Source: Takakia lepidozioides
Taxonomy: Eukaryota; Plantae; Bryophyta
Reading direction: 5' to 3'
Assembly: GCA_030704615.1 (NCBI GenBank)
Contig: CM060734.1
Coordinates: forward strand, 54,870,001 to 54,934,000
Length of the DNA: 64,000 nucleotides
The notes beneath the pieces were generated by a model. It was not told the origin of the DNA and did no database searches. It worked only from the letters and a program-made list of their open reading frames with translations. The position numbers and the translations under genes are program-made. Shown piece after piece: positions 1-11,800 of the stretch. Position 1 is the stretch's first letter. Each line of letters opens with the position of its first letter.

Positions 1-327
1 CGTGCACGAGCGGGAACTGCCGGTCAAGACGACGAGCGATGCCCTGTCCCAGTTTCTTGCCTCCGGGATGACGGCTATCAATTTATTCGCGGGGGGAACA
101 CCACGCACGTTATGCTGGTACGCACTGCCACACCCTCACGTAACCATCGTTCGTCGTGGAAATACATTCCAAGACATAGAATAAAATAACCAAAAACATA
201 AACAAAATACAAAATAATTCGAGGGTTGATGGAGGACGTCGTTGTTGGTTGCAGAAATTGCAATTTACATGACGTGTCACAAGATTCGGCGGCTCGGTCA
301 TTTGGACAGGTTTTCCCAGTGGCTGGC

Positions 328-894
328 CTATCCGTTGACATGCAGGAGGGATCTCCGGCATCGGAAACGGGGACCGTGCAGGCTGAGGTCATCCAGTCGA
401 CTGATAAGCCGGTCCCGTTGAAACGCGGCACCGCATTTCGAACGTGCTAGGGAGGGTATGAGTATCTTACGAGTTGAGGTCCGCCATGGCATTCTTGAGC
501 AGGGGGAGTCTGCCGCCTTCACCTTCAGGATGACACACTCCACCATGTAATGCCAGCCAATGTGCTTGGCATGGTTCTGCTTGATGTACTCCCACCAGGC
601 GAGAAGTCGGTGATTCCCGTCCCACACAAAGAACATTTTACCAGACATATGGCCGAAGTCTGGATCACCCTTCAGCGTCGCCTCGAATTCGTCGTTGCGA
701 GTGTGCCAGTGGGTATCCCACGTTGACAATTCATCGGCAGTGGGGTCCACGAGTTTCGCCGTCCTCATTCTCAATGGAAACGTAAAACGCTGCCGATCCC
801 AGACGGTACCCTTCTCGAAATGCGAACTTGAGCTTATCCACATCTCCGGGAAGGGCCTGCCTGACGATGGGAAGGGAACAGTGCGCGTCCACAC
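328..894 (-). pseudogene. ParB/Sulfiredoxin-like domain ORF fragment, probably TE-borne
   Basis: Translation contains KMFFVWDGNHRLLAWWEYI, matching the hhhDGxHRh core of ParB/Srx folds. No clear start, and a probable frameshift near 490. Confidence 0.5.
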
Positions 895-2905
895 CTAGAT
901 CGATTTAACGTGGTAAACATTCAACGTCCCGGTTGCCACCGTTCGGCAAAGAAAAAAGGGAAACCGAGTTTTAGAAATCCGAGACCGTTCGTCTTGCTGG
1001 ACGTTCGAAGAAACTAGGCGGTTCTAGTTACACATCAGTATTGGTGGGAAATGTCTTGTGCAAGGACCGGCGCTTCTCGTTACGATCCCGGTGCTAGCAC
1101 AGGGTTTGTATCCAGATCCATACAGTTTTTTTCTTCTTTCTTTACAATTTTTTTCCCATTCTTCTTTCTCTAGAGCATAAACAAGGGGAGGTTTCCGTGC
1201 CCCACAGCATGGGGACATCACACTTTGTATAATCCACTTTGTATGTTTATAGTCAACCAAACTGAGGAATCGAGTCAGTATTTTCAATATTGAAAATGGA
1301 TGCGTACAGTTTTTTTTTTTTTTCGCTCTGCCGCACGACGTGTTTCACGCGCGTTCATTGTTTGCATAGTCATTGCACAATGTATTAGTGCGCGTTTCAT
1401 AGAAGGACGACGTGAGTTGGTTGCACACAAACGGAAAAATAAAAATAGTAATAATAGTAATAAAATTCAGAGTTGCTGGCAAAATGTCGTGAATAACTCA
1501 ACTGTTCATCCGATACTCGCTATATCTATCAATATTTCCGTCGCCCCGCAGCACCCTGGGGCAAACACTGGCACTAAGTCCTCGGTCTCTTACTGCTTGT
1601 CCAGGCGATTGGCTCGATCGACGATCCACCCTCCTCTGCTGGGAGTTGATGAAATCCGTGTAGGGCTTCCGCCTATTATGACCCCAATCATCGTAAATCG
1701 ATCTGCATTCTGATAAACCCTGTCAAACACATCAACTCCGCCATTCAAATCACCCGGGCAGGGTGATGCAGCAAATTGGCGAACAAGCTGAACTCGTAGC
1801 CTCCCGCCATCGGCCTGTTCACATCGAACACCGGGGAATGTTGAACACACCATTTTGCCAACGCGCCACAAAAAATGGAAGCTATGTAGCAAATCGGATC
1901 GGCATGAGTGCGATGGCGGTGCTTGAACGCTTGATAGGCCATGTTGCAATGCTCGGGGGTGGTAACGGAACCATCGACCACAGGCCAATTGTAAGGCATA
2001 GAATTAAGAGTATCGCCCTCTCGCCATCTTCCCCTCCTTTGACAATGACACGCCCGGATACTGCCTTGAATCGATACAGGAATTGGAACCTCCTGTTGGG
2101 GCGCTTCTTTCCTCCCTAGTTGCTCAATCCATTCCTTGGTCGCAGTATCCCTGTAATCTTGTCCAATCCAGGTTAAAACATCCCACCCTGGAATCACTCT
2201 GTCGTCCGAATCCTGAAAAGATTTCTCGTCATTCCCCACAAACTCAGCATACTCCCAATTGCATGGGAAATCATAATGGTCAAACAATTGGTTTCTTGCT
2301 GTGACCATCCGAACACATGAAGGCCTCTCCAAGACAAGGTCCCGAGTCCAACCATCGACAAATATTTCACCCAATACCTTCCCTTCAACCACATGCGCAA
2401 ACGACTGGCAATGCTCGCCCGCATCCAGACATACGCTGCACCATGTAAATCCATTCCCCCGGGCTTCCTGGAACGCCGATGGGGCAACTATCCAGCATCC
2501 TCTGGAATGCTGCAACATCCAGTATTATTTCCTCCAACGGCCATAATTGGATCAAATATTCAGCAAATTTCTCGTTGGCTGGACGGATGAAGTCATTACG
2601 CACTTGCCTGTTCCAGAGAAGGTTGTCCTCCCGATGATTGACAAACATCTCCAGTCGATACTCCAACTGTTGATAATACAGGAAGCATCGACTAGCAGGA
2701 TCTCCTACTGTCAGCATGAAAAGATGGGGATGTTCTACCGTCAAATCTCCTCTCACCACCATCTCCACCACAAGGTTCTCCATCCCAAGGCGCACCAATT
2801 CTGGTCAACCCTCTTCCAAATCAATGGGTTTCCCCCCTCCATTGTAAATCGCCTTCATAATGTTGCTGTCGTAAACGTAACCTTGCTGAAGGTTATCTGC
2901 ATAAC

Positions 2906-3630
2906 TGTCACACACCTCAATTCGGTAAACTCCCCTTCAAGTCATAGTTACTCGCTTGGATGCGCGCGCCTGACTCCCAACCTGGCCGCCGGGCCAACTT
3001 GGAGTTTCGGCTGCTCACCGGGACATAACGGTCCCCTTCCGCTTCCCTCTAAACCCTCCACCTATTTGGGACTAGGAGAATTCCCTTTGGTAGATGGCAG
3101 TCCGGAATAGCTCCCCACTCTTTGGTCGCTTTCCGGCTCGCTCGCTTACTCACTAGTTTTTGGTCACCAACGGGCTTGCACCGTTCTCGGGGTTACTACT
3201 CCCTATATATACTTCTGTAGCTGTCCGCGGGGGTTTCATAACCAGCCATGCCATTTTATGGCGAACCACCACGAAAACCCTCGACTCCCGGTGGTGAGTC
3301 GCGGTGAGTCTTGGCCCACTCACCGCGGCCCCAATGGACCGTGATGAGTCCCAAGACTCCCCACGACTCCCGCCTCGAGGTCTCCACCCCCATGGTGAGT
3401 CCTATGCCACCCCCACTAAGTCCCACTAAGCTACCACCACCCCTTGTGGAGCCACCTCCACCGCAACCCGGTGTGCGGGGCTCCACCTAGTGAGCGCCTC
3501 CGCCTCCTTGAGTGCCTTGGGCACTCAAGGGTGCTTCAGCCCCCCATACCTATCGCTGCCGCTGCCCCCACCACAGGGGCAGCCCCTCATGTGTCCCGAC
3601 CCCCTGCCCTCAAGGCAAAGGGCCGCGACA
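2906..3630 (-). repeat. 3' LTR (725 bp)
   Basis: Direct repeat of 9159-9882. The only difference seen by eye is a 1-bp G-run indel near 3230/9483. Confidence 0.95.
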
Positions 3631-4538
3631 CACACCCCTACCAACAGGGAGTCGATGTCCTCATCGACTTGTCCATTTTGTAGAAACGAACATCCAAGTT
3701 GTGGCGTCCCACATCAAGGAGTTTGTTTCCGTACCATGGCGTCCCATGGCAAAGAACCAAACCCCACACTTGACTCCACTCTCCACTAGCTAGTTCGGCC
3801 GACTTCCTCCAAGTCCCGGCCAAGGGTGGAGCCTCTCCAGCTCCTCCCAGTGCACTCTTCTTGGCCTACTTCAAGGCCAAGGAACGATCCTCCCCGAGGA
3901 TCGAATCGCCTTACTGCAACAACATTGCTTGCGATCGCTCATGATGCCGCTTTTGGCATCACCTTGAGCAAGGGTTCACCTGGAACCCTCTTTGACTAGG
4001 AAGGTAACCTTGAACCAACCGTGCGCCCCAATCACTACAATTGGGTCCGCCTTGGAATGCTGGCCTGAGGTACGGGAACACGCCGAAGCCGCACTACGAC
4101 TTCGTCCCGAGGCTACACGATTATAGTACGTGAACGGAAGCACGTAGCTTCCGCGTTAGCCCGCACTACAAGGCAACCCCCTCGGTAGCGCAGTTATAGT
4201 ACGCGCACGCGCCAGGTGCGCACTAGCACTTGAACTCCCAAATAAGGCGCAAGTTTCCTTGCCCCTTGGATGGGAGTCACCCGATTTCGGCACTGCGCAA
4301 ACACACGATTAACCCAATTTACCTCTCCCACTTTTGTAAGCTAGCATGCAATTCTACACACCAGCCAACCACACCATGCATCACCATTCCAAACACAATA
4401 GGACGCACATTATTTGGAACCCATTTCCTTTATCACAATTTGTTTGTACAATACAAGTTTTTGCAATCGGATTCCTGAGCTAGCTAAACCGGGCTAAGCA
4501 TGCATTTCCTCCCCCACGCTCCAAGGTTGATGTCCCCA

Positions 4539-7500
4539 TCAACGCTTCTTCCGCTTTTGAGGTCGCCCTTCGAACGCTGCAACTGCCTCGGATGCGTTTC
4601 CCATTTCTGAGGCACGCACCCAAGATGCCTCCACAAGATGATAGCCCTTCCATTTGACGAGATACTCCGTTTCTCGGTTCTTGAACCTCCTCGACTTAAG
4701 TATTGCCTCCACCTCGTACTCGGGTTCATTTTCATGATCCAACAGCATAGGTGGCGGACGCAACACTTGCTGCCGATTCGGACGTGCTTCATCTTTGAAG
4801 TAAGGCTTCAAAAGGGAGACATGGAATACTGGGTGCACCTTGCTGTTTGCTGGCAGCTCCAATTCATACACATCCTCATTCAATAACCCTCCGAATGCGA
4901 AAGGGACCCGCATACGGAGGTACGAACTTCGGACTCATTTCCGGAGGTAGTCGAAAATTCTTGATGTTCAACCAGACCTCTGTGCCTGCCTCAAACTTCA
5001 CTTCCCTCCGCTTCCGATTCGCCTGCCTTTCATACCGTTTCCTAGCTTTGGCAATGTTGTACTTTGCGAGCTTCACAAACGCTCGCGTTCTTCCAGTACC
5101 GCCGCTACTCTCGTTGTCCGCTTCCCAACGTCCTGGGCGGCCCAACTTGTCGGCACCAGAGGTGCTTTTCCATAGACCAACACAAAAGGGGAAACTCCCG
5201 TCGCGGAGTGTTCTGTGTTATTATAACAGAACTCTGCCGCGTCTAAGTGTTCCATCCAGTCTGATTGGTCTGCCGACACGTAATTCCGCAAGAATTGCTT
5301 CACTACGGAATTCACTCTTTCCGTTTGGCCGTCCGTCGTAGGTCGGAAGGCGGTGCTCATCTTCAGCCTCGTCCCCATCTTCTTCCAAAGTGCTCTCCAG
5401 AATTTACTCGTAAACTTTGGATCGCGGTCCGAGACAATATCCTTCGGGACTCCATGATGCTTTAAGACGTGGGCGAAGTAAAGTCGCCCTGTCTCCTGCG
5501 CTTGCCGTCTCCTTGGTGGGGATGAAATGGGCCATTTTACTGAACCTATCTACCACCACCATGATTGCATCGAATCCTTTTGACAGCGGCAAAGCAGTCA
5601 TGAAATCCATCGAGACGCTTTCCCAAGTCCCCTCTGGAATCGGCAAGGGTTGTAACAGCCCCGCTTGCTTTTTATACTCGCTCCGGTTTTTGTTGGCATG
5701 TGGTGCATGTCTTAACATACTCCTCTGCCTCCTCCCTCAGTTTGGGCCAGAAATACTCTTTCTTCAAGAGTGCCGCAGTGCGCTTGGCTCCACCGTGGCC
5801 CGCAAGCGGGCTATCATGGCATTCTCTCAAGAGACTATCCCTGATCCCTCCCTTTGGCACATAGAGACGTTTTTGCTTATACCGGAGCAGTCCGTTTTGC
5901 AAGTGGAACTGCGATTTAACCCCCATTCTCAAGTTCTGCATCACGCTTTGCCAGCTCATCCTTCCGGCAAGCCTTCCGGATCTTCCTTTGGAGCGCCGTC
6001 TCGCCCTTATACACCAACAAGAGCTGCTGCTTTCTACTTAAAGCATCGGCTACCACATTGTCCCGTCCCGGTTTGTACTGGATATCCACGTCGAACACTG
6101 CCAAAGTATCTTGCCACCTAAGTTGTTTTGGGGACACTTGGGCTGCGTGGCAAAATACTTCACCGTGACATTGTCCGTGAACACCTTCACTGGGTTGGAA
6201 CCAACATAGTGGCGCCAGAGTTCAAGGCAATGTACCACCGCCTTCATCTCTTTTTCATGCGTCGGCCACCGTCGCTCCACTTCATTCAGTTTCTTACTTT
6301 CGTAAGCCACTGGACGTCCATCTTGCATAAGTACACCCCCAATTGCGAAGTCCGATGCATCTGTATGAATCTCAAACGGACGATCGAACTCCGGGATTTT
6401 TAAGACTGGAGCTTCCGTCATCCGCTGCTTCAATTCAGCAAAAGCTTGGCCACAAAATGTGTTCCATACCCAGACTTTGGATTTACACAGAAGGTCCGAC
6501 AGCGGCCCCCGCGATCTTGGCGAAATTTCTCACATACTTCCGGTAATAGGAGGCGAGTCCTAGGAAGGATCGCACTCCCGGGACCGAAGTCGGAGGCTCC
6601 CAGTCCAAGATCGCCCTCACCTTTCTGTCATCCATTTTGATCCCATCCTGTGTAATCACGTGCCCCAAGAACTCCACTTTTGTGACCCCGAATTCGCACT
6701 TTGAAGCTTTGGCATACAGCTTCCCTTCTCGCAATTTTTGGAACACCCTTTTGAGGTGCTCCAGGTGCTCCTCCTTTGTTTTCGAGTACACCAAGATGTC
6801 GTCGATGTACACGATCACAAAGTCATCCAACCACTCCTGGAAAAGGCTGTTCATTAGCGTGCTAAATGTCGCTGGTGCATTGGTGAGCCCAAAAGGCATC
6901 ACCAAGAACTCATATGAACCATACCTTGTCCTGCACGCGGTCTTCTCCTCATCTCCTTCCGCCACCCGAATTTGGTGATAGCCGGAGCGCAAGTCGATCC
7001 GGCTGAAATACTTCGCTCCTGCCAACCGATCGAAGAGGTCGTCGATCCTTGGCAAAGGGTACCGGTTTTTTATAGTCACCTTATTCAGAGCCCTGTAATC
7101 GACACACATCCGCAGCGTCCCATCCTTCTTGTCTGCAAATAGCACCGGGGCTCCGTAAGGTGACTTACTCGGTCGGATGTACCCCTTTGACATTAGATCT
7201 TTGAGCTGAGTCTTCAGCTCGACCAACTCTTTGTGGCTCAACCGGTAGGGCGCCTTGGCAGGCGGTTCCGATCCCGGTATCACCTCAATTTTGTGGTCAA
7301 CTCCTCTTCGCGGTGGCAAGCCGCTTGGTAAATCCTCCGGCATCACATCCTGGTATTTCTCCAAAATCCCCTTGATCCAATCTGGGCTCGGCTCCCCATC
7401 GCCTTCTCCTTTCACTTCTCTAATGTAAAGCAAAAACTGGGACTCGTTGTGTCTCCTCCACGGCCCACTCCTTTGCTGATAGAAGGTTTATTCGCCCTCC

Positions 7501-8084
7501 CACGGATTTGGGCGTTTCCGACACTCGTAAAACCTCGCCACCATTCCCACATGGCAGCGTGACTACTCTCTTGCGGCCATCAATGACCGCTCCGGATTTG
7601 CTCAAAAAGGTCATTCCCAAAATGAGATCCACTCCATCGATCTCGCAGATAGTGAAGTTCTCACGTCCCTCCCAACTCCCCAGTTGAAGAGGAACATCAA
7701 ACGCCAACCTGTCGCCAACTGAGGTTCTCCTTTGGCAGAGCGCACCTCAATAGAGGCCCCCACGTCACTTGTCGGGAGTCCCAACTTTCGCGCCGCCACC
7801 GGCGTCATGAAGGAGTGCGACGCTCCTGTGTCCACCAACAACGACACATTAGTTCCGGATATTATCCCATCCACGAACAATAACTGACTCCCTTTTCGTA
7901 AGGCGCCAGTTTCCTGATACAACTCACAAGAAAATTTGCCTACCTTGCAAGTCCTGGCGACCACCGCTTCCACCAAGCGACTGATGGTATCTTCCGACAG
8001 CTCCGTGGTCGCCCGAGTCATGTTCAATTGCCGGGCTTCGTGCACTTCTTGGCCATGTGCCCGGGCTCCCCGCAATTGAAACAC
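4539..8084 (-). pseudogene. pol: Pol (PR-RT-RNaseH-integrase-chromodomain), broken by many 1-bp frameshifts
   Basis: LVDTGASHSF (PR), YIDDILVY (RT), TDASDFAIG (RH), HDSPLAGH...CTTC and SMDF (INT), GPF...HPVFHVSLLKP, and chromodomain EYEVEAILKSR...YLVKWKGY. Split over about ten ORF pieces. Confidence 0.92.
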
Positions 8085-9103
8085 ACTCCATCAAAGGTCG
8101 CCTTCTGTCCGCCATAAGTCGCTCCACCCGCTTTTCCTTTCGAAGCACCGGGTGCCGCCTTGACGTGTGAAGGACCTCCCTTCGATTTCCACGTGCCATT
8201 TTCGCCGCGTGGCCTATCCCACTTCTTTTCCGGTCGGGAGGAGTCACCTTCCCGCCGGGTCTTCTTGTGGTTCAGCTCCGTACGGCCTTGTCTCTCACCC
8301 CTAGGGAAACCCGAGAAACATTCAGCTCTCTCAATTGCCTCGTTCAAAGTCTTGGGTGGCTTCTCCTCCAACTTCCGCCTAGCCCATGGGGCCAGTCCCG
8401 CCACAAAGTTGAAGACCATTTCTGGTTCTGCCATGTCCGCGACTTCGAGCAACAGCACATTGAAAGCCTGGACATACCCCCGAATGTCATCTGTTTGCTT
8501 CAAATTCCTCATCTTGTCCCGGGCAAGCCAGGATGCGTTGAGGGGCACAAACTGTCTCTTCATCAATTCCTTGAACTCACTCCAGTTCAAGGTTTCCGGG
8601 CTTGGGCCTCGGTCGTGAAGGCGTTTCTGCCACCATTGTTGAGCATAGCCCCTCAAATAGGTGGGAGCCACTTCCACCCGATCCTCGTCACTCAACTTGG
8701 CCGCCCGGAAGTACTGCTCTAGCTCCAGGAGCCAGGTGTTGAGTGCCTTCCGGTTTCGAACGCCCTCGAAGGTGCCGGGTTCCTTAGGCTTCACCTTAAA
8801 CTTTGCCTTGGTGGAAGTGGCATTAGCCGCCTTCAACACGTCTTTCAACGTCCCGCCAAACTGCGCCAACAACCCTTCCCAAAAGGCTGCCGGCATGGGA
8901 GGCATCTCTTGGTTTGTCGGAGCTCTCAAAGATTCCTCGGGCTCCGACTCCTCGGATTCCTCCCGCTCCTGAGCGGCCTCGTTTTCGGAAACATTAATCG
9001 CTTCCTCAAACGGCCGCCTCGGTGACACGTCGCCCCCATCGGGCTCACCGGGATCATCATCTTTTGGGCCGTTCCGCTTTCGCTTCGGCTTGCCCGACCC
9101 CAT
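8024..9103 (-). CDS. gag: Gag (retrotransposon capsid + CCHC zinc knuckle)
   Basis: Intact ORF from ATG 9103 (MGSGKPK). Contains KPKEPGTFEG...YLRGYAQQWW, LKQTDDIRGY and CFNCGEPGHMAKKC. Confidence 0.92.
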   Translation of the reverse strand: MGSGKPKRKRNGPKDDDPGEPDGGDVSPRRPFEEAINVSENEAAQEREESEESEPEESLRAPTNQEMPPMPAAFWEGLLAQFGGTLKDVLKAANATSTKAKFKVKPKEPGTFEGVRNRKALNTWLLELEQYFRAAKLSDEDRVEVAPTYLRGYAQQWWQKRLHDRGPSPETLNWSEFKELMKRQFVPLNASWLARDKMRNLKQTDDIRGYVQAFNVLLLEVADMAEPEMVFNFVAGLAPWARRKLEEKPPKTLNEAIERAECFSGFPRGERQGRTELNHKKTRREGDSSRPEKKWDRPRGENGTWKSKGGPSHVKAAPGASKGKAGGATYGGQKATFDGVCFNCGEPGHMAKKCTKPGN

Positions 9104-9144
9104 GATGAGGCCAATCCCAAGGACGATCGCGTACTGAACTCTAA

Positions 9145-9156
9145 GCTCTGATACCA
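9145..9156 (-). promoter_or_regulatory. Primer binding site, tRNA-iMet
   Basis: Minus strand reads TGGTATCAGAGC, 2 nt after the 5' LTR. Confidence 0.93.
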
Positions 9157-9158
9157 AG

Positions 9159-9882
9159 TGTCACACACCTCAATTCGGTAAACTCCCCTTCAAGTCATAG
9201 TTACTCGCTTGGATGCGCGCGCCTGACTCCCAACCTGGCCGCCGGGCCAACTTGGAGTTTCGGCTGCTCACCGGGACATAACGGTCCCCTTCCGCTTCCC
9301 TCTAAACCCTCCACCTATTTGGGACTAGGAGAATTCCCTTTGGTAGATGGCAGTCCGGAATAGCTCCCCACTCTTTGGTCGCTTTCCGGCTCGCTCGCTT
9401 ACTCACTAGTTTTTGGTCACCAACGGGCTTGCACCGTTCTCGGGGTTACTACTCCCTATATATACTTCTGTAGCTGTCCGCGGGGTTTCATAACCAGCCA
9501 TGCCATTTTATGGCGAACCACCACGAAAACCCTCGACTCCCGGTGGTGAGTCGCGGTGAGTCTTGGCCCACTCACCGCGGCCCCAATGGACCGTGATGAG
9601 TCCCAAGACTCCCCACGACTCCCGCCTCGAGGTCTCCACCCCCATGGTGAGTCCTATGCCACCCCCACTAAGTCCCACTAAGCTACCACCACCCCTTGTG
9701 GAGCCACCTCCACCGCAACCCGGTGTGCGGGGCTCCACCTAGTGAGCGCCTCCGCCTCCTTGAGTGCCTTGGGCACTCAAGGGTGCTTCAGCCCCCCATA
9801 CCTATCGCTGCCGCTGCCCCCACCACAGGGGCAGCCCCTCATGTGTCCCGACCCCCTGCCCTCAAGGCAAAGGGCCGCGACA
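9159..9882 (-). repeat. 5' LTR (724 bp)
   Basis: Direct repeat of 2906-3630, adjacent to the PBS. Confidence 0.95.
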
Positions 9883-10439
9883 ATAACACATCTCGGACCA
9901 ATGGACAATAACATGTTGCCATGGATTCGCAGTCATTTACTACGGTCTTATCAATGACTATGATTAGGCGTCCTCGTTGCCACGTCAACAGAGAGCTCCA
10001 CGACTGGCAGATACGACTCTATGGCGCTTACGACTCATTTGTCACAACTGACTGGGTTTATCTGACTGGGCAGTCATGCAGTCATAAAAGGCTGATACGA
10101 CTGGAAAATAGCAGACGTAAAAGCCGGATTTTCTACTAGTGAAAGGAGACCCTCGATGGAAGGAGCTCCAGACGAAATGTACGTGAAATTACAGGCGGAA
10201 TTCGAGCAGTATCGGAACATTCAAGCAGAGGAATATGAGCAGTTGGAGATTACTGCCAGTGTCGAGTTGGACGAGTTGAGGAGAGCGCCACCTACCGAGA
10301 CTGAACTGTTCCAACCAGTCCGACTCGTGAGTCCCCATTTTGACCGTGGGTAGCTTCAGAGCACAAGTACTGTTTCGAACATGAGACAAGACAAGACCTG
10401 ATGGGTTGTCTTGCTACAAATGACTAGGGCTCCAGAAGG

Positions 10440-11800
10440 GGTAATCAACTCTCTGAAATCCATTCTTGTACATCCTCATGTTTGCTGTACCCTATGTCTA
10501 GGTTCCCTTCTTTGCCGATTTGTTCTAGCTTCCCAGGTTTTTGGTCTTCTTTTAACAAAATGTTATGTTCACACAACTGGGCTGGTTTGATATGAATGCG
10601 TCTGGGGTGGAAGCAAGTGCATTGCATGTGGAGCGCTTGGAATTCAGCGACCACCATAGCTTTGATGTGAAGGTCTCATATCTGGCTTGAACCAAAGTTC
10701 TCTTGTTAGTGCACATACCGTGCTCAATTGTTTGTTACATGTCTCCAATATCTTCCTACTCCAATAGGTGTATACTGTGTTTGGTGGTTATGGCTGGTTG
10801 CGGTAAAGGTTGGAATCCTAGCGTTATACCCAATTCTGGGAAGGGCAGGGCTGAAAGCAGGCATTGGTTTGTCATTGTCCGGATATAAAAATGCTTGTAT
10901 CACCAAGCTATTTGCTACTAGGTCACTCACAATTGCATAGGTAATGCTATTGACACAGGTCTGGTTGATCATTAGCATCTTATATGGAGGTCCCTGCATT
11001 CAATCAGTTGAGTTCAGGTTGAAGAGAGGCATTGTTTACAGGGGTTGATTAGAGAAGGTTAAGTGTTGCAGGGAGGTATCAATGACGCCTTGGGGTCTAA
11101 GACAGGGGATGACTAGAGCGAGCATGTGTATGATACAGTCCATGAAAAGCTTTCAGCAAAGTCCGCAAAGGCCTTCAAAGCGAACATTGACGACGACTAT
11201 GTGTGAACATGTAGGCCCTGCTGCAATCTATGCAATTTTTGACAGATTTTTTTCATGCTTTGGTTGAACAAGCAAAGTGGAAGTTGGGTTTGGGCAGCAA
11301 TCAGTTTTGCTGCTGGTTGCCATTGAAATGATTTCAGGCCCTTTGGTTTTCTCCATTCAAGATGCCTGTTGTGCAGGTCCAAGTTTTTGTGGAAGGGCCG
11401 AGAAAACTTGTAGTAGATGGCATGAAGACAATTCGAACAAATCGAAGGGAAACCAACCTCGAGCTGTGGATGAATTGGTTATGATCGAACACCGCATCGC
11501 TGATCCCTGGTCAAAAATTTATCAATCCTAATTGAAATCAATGGAACTTAGTAAAAGGGTGTTGGCGAAGACCATGGCAGGCAGGCTTATAACCCTGGCT
11601 CTCTTCAAGTCACGCGGGCAGGTGTATCCGGGTGGTAGACAGGCCAAGGAGCAAGTGGACTTGAGAGCACTTTCAAGTCTATCGACCAGGACAGATGGCA
11701 GGTAGGAGTAATTACATAGACTGGCCTGCAGAAGCAGCTAAGCTTCAGCATGAGAGGGTGGTGGACACAGCTATAGGACGTCATGCACACACAACTGCTG
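10440..11800 (-). mobile_element. Highly degraded LINE remnant (ORF1-like)
   Basis: Minus-strand fragments such as RGWFPFDLF and VRFEGLCGLC resemble LINE ORF1 (DUF4283/zinc-knuckle) motifs. Many stops. Confidence 0.35.

Larger units (their letters stand above)
2906..9882 (-). mobile_element. Full-length Ty3/Gypsy chromovirus, Galadriel-like clade
   Basis: Two TG...CA LTRs (2906-3630, 9159-9882), 5-bp TSD ATAAC (2901-2905, 9883-9887), iMet PBS, and gag-PR-RT-RH-INT-chromodomain order. [29 protein letters not shown] and RH AYESKKLNEVERRWPTHEKEMKAVVHCL resemble Galadriel. Confidence 0.95.
1590..9936 (-). pseudogene. Unknown CACTA-associated ORF split by the retrotransposon insertion
   Basis: Removing 2906-9887 joins ATG 9936 (MTANPWQHVIVHWSEMCYADNLQQGYVYDSNIMKAIYNGGGKPIDLEEG*PEL) in frame to ORF 2385-2798. 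Frameshifted pieces follow at 1745-2518 and 1590-1988. Confidence 0.5.
1..10141. mobile_element. CACTA (En/Spm) DNA transposon, right part; other end probably outside the window; interrupted by an LTR retrotransposon
   Basis: Ends TTTTCTACTAGTG at 10141 (reverse complement CACTAGTAGAAAA, a canonical CACTA terminus), with subterminal ACGACT/GACTG repeats at about 9930-10120. Leftward extent to position 1 is inferred, not shown. Confidence 0.6.

Noticed and set aside
4638-8972. Plus-strand ORFs overlapping gag/pol
   Set aside because: Antisense shadows of the retrotransposon coding strand with no independent motifs.
11082-11110. LINE RT motif GLRQG on the plus strand
   Set aside because: Not followed by DPLS or other RT motifs; the neighbouring remnants lie on the minus strand.
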